IMG/VR virus record: IMGVR_UViG_3300031853_000001
Coordinates: 96,001-160,000 of that record
Direction: 5' to 3' (one strand)
DNA from: a virus
Lineage: Duplodnaviria > Caudoviricetes
DNA length: 64,000 bases
The notes beneath the pieces were generated by a model that saw only the letters and a list, made by a program, of their open reading frames with translations, made no database searches and was not told the DNA's origin. Below are positions 29,465 through 37,119 of the stretch, in pieces. The translations under genes were made by a program, and so were the position numbers. The stretch's first letter is position 1. Each line of letters starts with the position of its first letter.

Positions 29465-29538
29465 AGTCCGTTAGTTTAACAGTAAAATATAACCCTGTCA
29501 CGGTTAAGTTACGAGGGCAGCACTCGTACGGACTGCCA
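29465..29538 (+). tRNA. tRNA-Asp(GTC), non-canonical elbow
   Basis: TAACC-CT GTC AC-GGTTA; T-loop GGCAGCA; GCCA. Confidence 0.85.
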
Positions 29539-29657
29539 TAGACTCAAACAGCAATATTTTACTTGCATGTGGGGCCGGAAGTATTGGTTTAACTCCAGTT
29601 CTCTCCACCACATGGAGAGATAGTGTAACGATAGCACGCCGTATAGTATGAGTCTAG
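29539..29657 (+). ncRNA. ACAGCAA-stem element 4 containing a circularly permuted tRNA
   Basis: TAGACTCA/TGAGTCTA stem; T arm ATTGG-TTTAACT-CCAGT, TCTCTCC-ACCA, CAT linker, GGAGAGA, D arm GTGT-AACGATA-GCAC. Confidence 0.8.
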
Positions 29658-29662
29658 TATAT

Positions 29663-30215
29663 CGGGTTGTAGCGCAGTTTGGTAGCGCGCCTCGCTTGGG
29701 AAAAGCGATTTGTGCTTAATTATTATGTTAGACATTACTCAACAAAAAGGAACGATTACAGAATTACGATGTATTTTAGATTTAACTAATTTGGGAATAC
29801 GATGTTTAGTTCCTGTAGATGAAAGTTCTAAATATGATGTAGTAGCAGATTTAAATGGTACTTTTATTAGAATTCAATGTAAAACAGCTTGTTGGGCTAA
29901 AGATACCGTTCAAGAAAAAGTAGCCTTTGAAATAGATACTTGTCGAAGTACAACAAATACTAAAACTACTACTCATTATAAGTATTCTGCTAATGAAATT
30001 GATTATTTTTATACATGGTTTGAAGGACAAGGTTACTTAGTCTCCATTAAAGAAGCAAAAGGTTTAACTTTTAGATGGCGATATGAATATCCTTCTACCA
30101 ATCAAAAACAAGGTATTCATATCGCAGAATTATATAAGACTGAGGAGGTTTTAAAAGCACTCTAAAATTTTCCTGGACGAGGAGGCCGCAGGTTCAAATC
30201 CTGCCTGCCCGACCA
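29663..30215 (+). tRNA. tRNA-Pro(TGG) split by a ~476-nt endonuclease-coding insertion (29699-30174 in the 35/36 register)
   Basis: 5' half CGGGTTG..CCTCG-CTTG; 3' half GGA-CGAGG..GGTTCAAATCC..CCCG-ACCA. Confidence 0.85.
29725..30165 (+). CDS. PD-(D/E)XK homing endonuclease (I-Ssp6803I-like family)
   Basis: KGTITE...YDVVAD...RIQCKT...Y...EIDYF. Confidence 0.8.
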   Translation: MLDITQQKGTITELRCILDLTNLGIRCLVPVDESSKYDVVADLNGTFIRIQCKTACWAKDTVQEKVAFEIDTCRSTTNTKTTTHYKYSANEIDYFYTWFEGQGYLVSIKEAKGLTFRWRYEYPSTNQKQGIHIAELYKTEEVLKAL

Positions 30216-30326
30216 TAATCAACTGGGTTTGAAGGTTATCCCATTTGAAAAACCTTCCCCTTTCTTTCTTGACTTTTTCTAAAAATTTTGATATAATAAA
30301 TATATCAAAGGAAAGGAAATAAAAAG

Positions 30327-30554
30327 ATGGATAAGAAAGAACTTTCTACTAATGCGGCAAAAGCAGAATTTGTAAAGTCTATTCATAATTGGCTTATGCG
30401 AACTTTAGAGCAAAACAATAAATCTGAATATAAAGATTGTTTTACTGTTGAAGGTTCTAGTATTATGTGCCAACTGCCGCAAGACTACTTTAATTCATGT
30501 AGTATTCCAGCGAACACTAAGATTGAAATGAAGTTTATTTCTAAGAAATCATAA
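30327..30554 (+). CDS. Hypothetical protein
   Basis: Own promoter and RBS. Confidence 0.6.
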   Translation: MDKKELSTNAAKAEFVKSIHNWLMRTLEQNNKSEYKDCFTVEGSSIMCQLPQDYFNSCSIPANTKIEMKFISKKS

Positions 30555-30558
30555 CTAA

Positions 30559-30651
30559 TAAGCCTTTACTGCAATTACTTAAATGGTTAAATTATTTTGC
30601 TTGAATACAAAATGAGAGAAGGTTCGAGCCCTTCACAATTAAAAGGCTTAG
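30559..30651 (+). ncRNA. ACTGCAA-stem element 5: tRNA-like body in normal order, with the element stem in place of the acceptor end
   Basis: TAAGCCTTT/AAAGGCTTA; D-loop-like AAATGGTTAA; ATTTTG-CTTGAATA-CAAAAT; GAAGG-TTCGAGC-CCTTC. Confidence 0.7.
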
Positions 30652-30666
30652 CAAAGTTAGAAACTA

Positions 30667-30733
30667 AAGGCACAAGCAGCAACAAGACGTTTTAATAATT
30701 TGATAGTGGATTAAATTTATTGAGTGTGCCTTG
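30667..30733 (+). ncRNA. GCAGCAA-stem element 6
   Basis: AAGGCACA-A-GCAGCAA ... TGTGCCTT-G with an internal hairpin. Confidence 0.65.
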
Positions 30734-30741
30734 ATTATTAA

Positions 30742-30818
30742 GTCGGTTTAGCTTAGCTGGTTAAAGCACTCGCCTTGTAAGCGAGAGACCTTCGGTCCGA
30801 ATCCGAAAACCGGCTCCA
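30742..30818 (+). tRNA. tRNA-Thr(TGT)
   Basis: CTCGC-CT TGT AA-GCGAG; TCCA. Confidence 0.9.
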
Positions 30819-30839
30819 TCTAAAAGAAGGAGTATTAAA

Positions 30840-31286
30840 ATGGGACTTTTTAATCGGTCTAAAAAAGAGCCTACAAAACAATATATTCCACCTGAGCAGC
30901 CTAAAAAATGCGAGCATAAATTTCAAGATTTTCCTTGGTATATAGAAGGAGAAGAAAATGAAGGTAATGTATATGGTTGTAACTCTTGGTATCATCTAGT
31001 AATTAAAGAACCTTATGTTTGTATTTATTGTGGCGAAAGATATGATAAAATATTGTGGGAAATAAGACGATATGGCTCTCATAAAGAAGCAATGCAGGCT
31101 CTAGATGATGTTAATGAAAAATTTAAAGACCGAATAAGACATCGCGCAGAAATTGAAGATATGATAAATGATATGCAATTAGTCGATCCTCAATATTTAC
31201 AATATTATCATATGCTTCAGGGAACAAAAGACCCATCTACTTCTCGATTATATGAGCAAGAAATTAAACCAAAATTAAAAACTTAA
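30840..31286 (+). CDS. Hypothetical protein
   Basis: RBS AAGGAG; CEH and CIYC motifs. Confidence 0.6.
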   Translation: MGLFNRSKKEPTKQYIPPEQPKKCEHKFQDFPWYIEGEENEGNVYGCNSWYHLVIKEPYVCIYCGERYDKILWEIRRYGSHKEAMQALDDVNEKFKDRIRHRAEIEDMINDMQLVDPQYLQYYHMLQGTKDPSTSRLYEQEIKPKLKT

Positions 31287-31289
31287 TTT

Positions 31290-31409
31290 TATGCGGTCAC
31301 AGCAATTTTAGATTTAATCTAAGTGTCATCGGTTCGATTCCGATTATTCCAGCCATTTAATTTGGAGTGTAGCTCAATTGGTAGAGCATTAGAATTATAA
31401 ACCGCATAG
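31290..31409 (+). ncRNA. ACAGCAA-stem element 7 containing a circularly permuted tRNA opened at the anticodon loop
   Basis: TATGCGGT/ACCGCATA; TCTAA-GTGTC-ATCGG TTCGATT CCGAT-TATTCCA-GCCA; linker; TGGAGTG-TA-GCTC AATTGGTA GAGC-A-TTAGA. Confidence 0.85.
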
Positions 31410-31420
31410 TACGATATTTA

Positions 31421-31489
31421 AGACGCTTACAGCAATTTAATACAGTCGCACACATAAATAATTACATGACTAAGTAATAGAGCGTCGCG
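31421..31489 (+). ncRNA. ACAGCAA-stem element 8
   Basis: GACGCT-T-ACAGCAA ... AGCGTC. Confidence 0.6.
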
Positions 31490-31509
31490 TTTTTATTTGA
31501 GGAATTAAA

Positions 31510-31944
31510 ATGAAGTTATATACATCTTATTTCGCGCAATTAAGGAATTTTCCACCAAATCTTGTTGGGCTTTCAACTGCAATTTGGAATCCCAAATGGT
31601 TGAATCCTGGCCGCGATAAAAATGGAGCAATTTGGTTAGATATTCCGCCACTTAAACCTGGGAAGGAGTGCGATGGATTATGTAATGGGAAGTGTGCTCC
31701 AAAACATCCTAATGATTGTGATTTTCTTAAAGTATATCGTAAGCAACTTGATAGGATAGATTTTAAGATGTTTATTGAACATTTAGAAACTCTTGCTAAA
31801 ACTATTCAACTTGGCGAAAATTTAGACGAAGTTAATTTTGCCTTTCTTGTTTATGAAAAGTATGATAATCCTTGTAGTGAACGCGCAATAATTCAACAAT
31901 GGTTTAAGGATAATGGAATGGAGATTGAAGAATGGAAGAAATAA
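31510..31944 (+). CDS. DUF488-like protein
   Basis: MKLYTSYFA start, L.P, Y..QL, LVYEK...CSER..I..W. Confidence 0.55.
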   Translation: MKLYTSYFAQLRNFPPNLVGLSTAIWNPKWLNPGRDKNGAIWLDIPPLKPGKECDGLCNGKCAPKHPNDCDFLKVYRKQLDRIDFKMFIEHLETLAKTIQLGENLDEVNFAFLVYEKYDNPCSERAIIQQWFKDNGMEIEEWKK

Positions 31945-32264
31945 ATAATTATGATTGGCTTCATTATATTCCACAGGGTTGGAAAGAAATTGGCCGACAA
32001 ATGATTCAAGAGTGCGAAGCAATTGACCCAACTTACTGCATTTGCGATTTAAAAGAAAAATGGGGAACCCTTGATGTAATCGCAAATTGTGATATGACTT
32101 ATTGGCGTGAAATAGATATGATTGAAAATAAGTATGAAAAATTAAGTGCAAGAACTTGTTGTTCCTGCGGCCAACCCGCTACAAAATATTCTACTGGATG
32201 GATTCTTCCTTGGTGTGATAAATGCGGCGATATGGATGAAAAGTTTTATAAGAGGTTTGAATAA
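31932..32264 (+). CDS. Hypothetical phage protein (KEKWG.L..TC..CG family)
   Basis: PQGW, KEKWGTL, zinc-finger C-terminus. Confidence 0.65.
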   Translation: MEEINNYDWLHYIPQGWKEIGRQMIQECEAIDPTYCICDLKEKWGTLDVIANCDMTYWREIDMIENKYEKLSARTCCSCGQPATKYSTGWILPWCDKCGDMDEKFYKRFE

Positions 32265-32360
32265 GGCGGGTTAAGCCTAATTTGGTAAGGCAGGAGATTG
32301 CTAATCTCTGAGTAATCGGTGTATACCGGTGTTTCGGTTCAAGTCCGAAACCCGTCGCCA
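32265..32360 (+). tRNA. tRNA-Ser(GCT)
   Basis: GGAGA-TT GCT AA-TCTCT; long variable arm; GCCA. Confidence 0.9.
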
Positions 32361-32362
32361 AT

Positions 32363-32520
32363 TGTGGACTGTTGGCTTAGAAGCAGCCATTCAGCTAAGG
32401 AGTTCTTAATTTCTCTATTAGTGCGAAATGTATTGTGGGCTACATTTGTTATAATGCCCCACGAGTATGATGTGCAAATAGGTAATAGGAATATAAGATT
32501 TGGCGTAATAGCACACCACA
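32363..32520 (+). ncRNA. 23S rRNA H43/H44 (L11-binding GTPase centre) mimic with an internal insertion
   Basis: TGTTGGCTTAGAAGCAGCCAT..TAAGGA ... GCGTAATAGCACAC, closed by TGTGG/CCACA. Confidence 0.8.
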
Positions 32521-32651
32521 AATATTGAGCTGGCCAGAGTAGCGTGCAGAAAGCTCATTAAACACGGGGTTACTACATAGACTTGCCCACGCCTCTTAAC
32601 AATGCGTACCTTGGAGAGCGCGTGTTCCGCGACGTTTAACTGCGGATTTAT

Positions 32652-32726
32652 GCGGGTGTAGTTCAACGGCTCGAATACTTGGCTTCCACCCAGGAGATGA
32701 GGTTTCGACTACCTCTACTCGCACCA
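32652..32726 (+). tRNA. tRNA-Gly(TCC)
   Basis: CTTGG-CT TCC AC-CCAGG; ACCA. Confidence 0.9.
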
Positions 32727-32729
32727 TAT

Positions 32730-32806
32730 AGGGAATTAGCGTAATGGTAGCGCCGCGGGCTTTGAACCCGTCTGTTGTAAAGGTTCGATTCCTTTATTCC
32801 CTGCCA
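32730..32806 (+). tRNA. tRNA-Gln(TTG)
   Basis: GCGGG-CT TTG AA-CCCGT; GCCA. Confidence 0.9.
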
Positions 32807-32879
32807 ACCCAGATAGCATTAGGGTTTTCGGTGCGATAAACTTGCTATCGGTTTGCACCTGTTTTAAGGAGATTATATT

Positions 32880-33443
32880 ATGAAACGAGGAACAGATCAT
32901 TCTTGGGAAGTGCGTAAATATTTAGGAGACATAGCTTGGTATGCACATTGTAAATGTGGGTTTGAATATGCTTGCTCAAAAAGTAAAAGAAATAATGATG
33001 GGACTTGGTCCGTTGAGCAAGAAATAGATTGGCTTGCCCATTATTGCCCAAATTGTGGTGCTCGCAAGAAATGGTATAATCTTGAAATAATTAAAATAAA
33101 TAAACATAAGTTCTAGGAGGTTAATCGGATGAACAAAGATATTTTAGATTTTATTAACAGGAGATTTCCTATTACCGATGAAGATAATGACAATTGGATG
33201 ACAACCAATTGTTATTACTTCGCCCGCATTTTAAAAACAAGATTCAAAGGTGAAATTTGGTATGACTTGGTTGATGGTCATTTTCTCTTCCGTCGCGGCG
33301 ATTACTTTTTTGATTGGACTGGGGTTAGATTAGAATATGATTTAAATAAGCCCGAAACGGTTGATAATCTAGTCAAGTGGTCTGATTATAAAAAGGTTGA
33401 CCCTGTGCATTATGATAGAATTGTAAGAGATGTAATTAATTAA
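32880..33443 (+). CDS. Two hypothetical ORFs (32880-33116 zinc ribbon; 33129-33443)
   Basis: RBSs; CKCG/CPNCG; NCYYFA..L...GH motif. Confidence 0.6.
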
Positions 33444-33457
33444 AGAGGATTAAAATT

Positions 33458-33703
33458 ATGAGTAGATTTCTAAGAAATATTAATGATTTAGACGCTTTTC
33501 GCGCGGCCGTAAGACAGTGTAAGGGAGATGTAATTCTTCGCAGCACTGATGGGGTGGAAGAGTTTAATTTAAAGAGTAAGCTATCGGAATTTATTGCTTT
33601 GGGTAAGTTAGCAGATACTCATGGCGATGAATATGAAATTTTTTGTATGGATAGAGCAGATGAAGCAGTTTTATTAAAGTATTTTTATGATAGAGATCAT
33701 TAA
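33458..33703 (+). CDS. HPr-fold-like small protein
   Basis: F..AV..CKGDVIL....NLKSKLS pattern resembles the HPr Ser46 region; no His15. Confidence 0.5.
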   Translation: MSRFLRNINDLDAFRAAVRQCKGDVILRSTDGVEEFNLKSKLSEFIALGKLADTHGDEYEIFCMDRADEAVLLKYFYDRDH

Positions 33704-33711
33704 TTAGTATA

Positions 33712-33739
33712 AAACCCGCGAAAGCGGGTTTATTTTTTT
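33712..33739 (+). terminator. Rho-independent terminator
   Basis: AAACCCGC-GAAA-GCGGGTTT + T tract. Confidence 0.8.
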
Positions 33740-33757
33740 AGGTGGAGGTGGGAAAAA

Positions 33758-36565
33758 ATGAGTAAAAGTTTTAATTTTGCAAATTTTGGTAATTTATATT
33801 ATTACCCAGGATTTAAACAAGATTTCTTTTATTTTAATAGTTTACTTTCTAATTATGAAAGAAATCCACCAAATTTAGCTTATGTAAAATATGCTCAAGG
33901 AATTGGACAAACAGCTGTCTCAGAATTATCTAATATCCCTGGAATAGGTTTGGAACAAAAAAATCAAGATGATTTTTTAATAGATCAAATTTCTCAAATC
34001 TTACAAATTCTTAATGCAGCTATTGTTCAAGAAAAAGAAAATGAAATAAAATTTGTAGATGATAAAATTGCTATGCTAAAAAATAATATAGATCCTAAAT
34101 ATTATAGAAAAAATCAAGATTTAGCTGCAATTGAGCATTTTTTACTTCAATTAAAAACTGAAGATGGTGAAATTAATTATGACGCTTTAATTCCATTATT
34201 AAATATTGTTGAACAAGGATTTGAAAATTCTAAAGAAATATTTAATTTTGAACAAAAACATTTAGAAGATTTAGATAATGCTGTAAAAAATAATAAACAA
34301 GCTTTAGAAAATCAAATTCGTGGGTTGTTAAAAACTGACAAATACCGTAATAAATCTGCTGAAGAACAAGAAGAAATATTAAACCGCTCTTTAAAGAAAA
34401 GAGACAAATTGAGAGTAGAATCTTATTTAAAACAATCTCATTTAACAAATGTTCCTAGTTTTAAAAAATATATGGCAAATATGACAACAGCAGATTATAA
34501 AATTGCCAATTGGATTTCAGAACAAATTCAAAATGTTTTAGATAATAATTACAGTACTTGGGCTACACTATTACAAAATAGCGGATTTACAAAAAATGGA
34601 TATAAAACCGTCGCTGAAAATATTAAAGAAAAACTTATTAGCTCCGTTTCTGCTTTTGCTGCAGAACATCAAGCAGAAATTCTTACTGACGGTTTAAAAA
34701 CATTGGATTTAAACAGTTTTTGTAATGATTTAATAAATGACTTTAATATAAGTCTTGGAACTAAAATTAGTAATGTACCAGATGATTTTGGATTAAAAGA
34801 AAATCATTTAAAGTTATTTGAACAAGCTATTGAAGCAAATAGTGATACTTATTATTCTGCTGAAGGAATTTATCAAGCATTAGAAGAAATAATGGGGAAA
34901 ATGAAAAGAAAAAACAGTTCTTCATACTCTCCAGAAGAACAATTAATTGACGGTCTTATTGGTAAAAATACTGTAACAAATTTTTATGATGATACTATTG
35001 AGCCCATTAATAAAATTATTAAACAAATGGAGCAACTTATTGAATTAGAAAAAAATAATAAAGCTTCAATAGTTTTACAAAGAAATAATGAAACTAAAAC
35101 TATTGAAGCAGCAATTACTATAGACGGTAATACTATTACTCAAAATTTTAGTCAAGCTTTCTCTTCTGCGGGACTAAAATTATACCAAAAAAAGAATTAT
35201 ATTCCAGCAAGTTTATCTTCTATAGTAACTAATATGAAAAGAGCTGCAGGAAAAAAAATACGCGATGAAATTGTAAGAATAATTACTTCAAGGCCCGCAC
35301 AAGCACGAAAAGATTTACAAACTGATATGGCGCATGCTTTACAACAAATTCATGTTGAAATAAAAGGGCCAGAAGTTTCAGAAATACTTCAAGGTTTTGA
35401 CAAAACTTGGTCAACAAAAATTTGGACTGGTCGAACAAATGTAAAAAATGACGTAATTGAAATTGTCGTAGGCATGCCAAATGGTCAAGAAACAAGTATG
35501 ATAGTAAATAATCTTTTAGAAGGAAATATCAATGCGATAAATAAACCTGCTTATATTAAAAAATTTTTTCAAGGCTATTCAGAAGTTTTTAAAGATTTTC
35601 AATCTCAATTTGAACAAGCAATTACTAACGATATGATTCAGACAAGAAATGCACAAGAATATACCGATTACGACAAAATGGCTGAAAGATTTTTTAAAAC
35701 TCAAGAAATCAAAAATGAAATGATTAAAAAAATTAATGAATTATATGGACAATATAAAGAAGAATTAACCAAACAAATAAAAGATGAAGAAAAAAGAGCA
35801 AAAAGTATTGATAATATCGAACGCGCTGCAGAAAGATTTATCCAATCTATTAGAGATACTCTTTATGTTAGTTCAACTATGAAAACTTATACAAATTATC
35901 AAAATGATCTTGGCTTTACAGGGGGTAGTTTAGGTTCTACAATAGATTCTCAAATCGAATCTTTTGACCAATTATTTACAGCTGCAGGAATGCCAATTGA
36001 AACAACACTAAAACGATGGTTAAAATTTGCTATTTTAAACTGTTCACCAGTTAGTGTAGTCGGAGAAAAAAATAAAGATTTTATTGAAAATTATTTAGGG
36101 GGATTAGCAGTATTTTCTTTATTTAATGAAGGAGGAGCAGAGTTAACTTTATTGCACCAACAATTACAAAATCAAGAATTAATAACCACAAATAATATTA
36201 TGCATCTTTATAGGTTAAATGGAATTTATTATCCTGGCTCTTATGTTTTAAAACAAGTTGTTGAAAATTTAAATATGGTAGTTACTCAAATTAATGAAGC
36301 TCAAGCTACAGTCGCAAGAAAAAATATTATGATTTATAACCCTGCATCTTTTGACGTTTTACCAAATGGAAAATTTTCTAATGGAAAATTTTCAAAAGGT
36401 TCAGGAAAAAATAAAATATTTAAAACACAAAATGAAACTAACCCTTGGAGCTATGTAGGGGAAAAAATTAATAGCCAAGTCCAAATAAAAGTTCTATTTT
36501 TAGCAGGTTTATTAGATGTGGTTAAAAATTTACATAAACAAATGGAATTTGAATTACCACAATAA
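33758..36565 (+). CDS. Large hypothetical protein (935 aa)
   Basis: Long ORF, helical and Asn/Lys-rich; no motif recognised. Confidence 0.75.
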   Translation: MSKSFNFANFGNLYYYPGFKQDFFYFNSLLSNYERNPPNLAYVKYAQGIGQTAVSELSNIPGIGLEQKNQDDFLIDQISQILQILNAAIVQEKENEIKFVDDKIAMLKNNIDPKYYRKNQDLAAIEHFLLQLKTEDGEINYDALIPLLNIVEQGFENSKEIFNFEQKHLEDLDNAVKNNKQALENQIRGLLKTDKYRNKSAEEQEEILNRSLKKRDKLRVESYLKQSHLTNVPSFKKYMANMTTADYKIANWISEQIQNVLDNNYSTWATLLQNSGFTKNGYKTVAENIKEKLISSVSAFAAEHQAEILTDGLKTLDLNSFCNDLINDFNISLGTKISNVPDDFGLKENHLKLFEQAIEANSDTYYSAEGIYQALEEIMGKMKRKNSSSYSPEEQLIDGLIGKNTVTNFYDDTIEPINKIIKQMEQLIELEKNNKASIVLQRNNETKTIEAAITIDGNTITQNFSQAFSSAGLKLYQKKNYIPASLSSIVTNMKRAAGKKIRDEIVRIITSRPAQARKDLQTDMAHALQQIHVEIKGPEVSEILQGFDKTWSTKIWTGRTNVKNDVIEIVVGMPNGQETSMIVNNLLEGNINAINKPAYIKKFFQGYSEVFKDFQSQFEQAITNDMIQTRNAQEYTDYDKMAERFFKTQEIKNEMIKKINELYGQYKEELTKQIKDEEKRAKSIDNIERAAERFIQSIRDTLYVSSTMKTYTNYQNDLGFTGGSLGSTIDSQIESFDQLFTAAGMPIETTLKRWLKFAILNCSPVSVVGEKNKDFIENYLGGLAVFSLFNEGGAELTLLHQQLQNQELITTNNIMHLYRLNGIYYPGSYVLKQVVENLNMVVTQINEAQATVARKNIMIYNPASFDVLPNGKFSNGKFSKGSGKNKIFKTQNETNPWSYVGEKINSQVQIKVLFLAGLLDVVKNLHKQMEFELPQ

Positions 36566-36648
36566 TTTTTTATAAAACTTTTATACAAGTATTCCTACAT
36601 ATCAATGAGGAGAACAAATCCTCACTCTAACCAAGGAGGTATAGACCA

Positions 36649-37104
36649 ATGCAGCAAATCCTTCAATGGTTGGCGAATCATCCATTAACTGGTTTAATCG
36701 TCTTTACTGGTTTAATTCAAATTGTGCCAATCAAAATAAATCCTTGGTCAGCCCTTTTCAAATGGATTAGTAAAATCATAACTGGAGATGCTTGCTCCAA
36801 AATAGACGGTCTTATAGAGAAAGTAAATAAAATTGACGGCTTAATTGATAAAGTTGATAAAATTGAAGCCGATGTAAAAACAAATGAAAAAGACCGAATT
36901 CGCTGGGAAGTATTAGATTTTGCTAATTCATGCCGCAATAATCGCAAGCATACAAGAGATGAATATCAGCATATTATCGCTTTAAATGACAAATATAGAG
37001 AATTACTAGCTCAAACTGGTGATACAAATGGTGTATTTGAAGCTGAATATGAATATATTAAAAAACTGTATGCCGAACGATTAGAGAAAAATGATTTTCT
37101 ATAA
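36649..37104 (+). CDS. Membrane-anchored lysis-associated protein
   Basis: N-terminal TM helix, IKINPW motif; immediately upstream of the holin. Confidence 0.6.
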   Translation: MQQILQWLANHPLTGLIVFTGLIQIVPIKINPWSALFKWISKIITGDACSKIDGLIEKVNKIDGLIDKVDKIEADVKTNEKDRIRWEVLDFANSCRNNRKHTRDEYQHIIALNDKYRELLAQTGDTNGVFEAEYEYIKKLYAERLEKNDFL

Positions 37105-37119
37105 GGAAGGTGAATTATT

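Noticed and set aside
32363-32520. Host rRNA contamination or chimeric assembly
   Set aside because: Only H43/H44 motifs are present, split by an insertion, re-closed by a novel helix and flanked by phage-type tRNAs.
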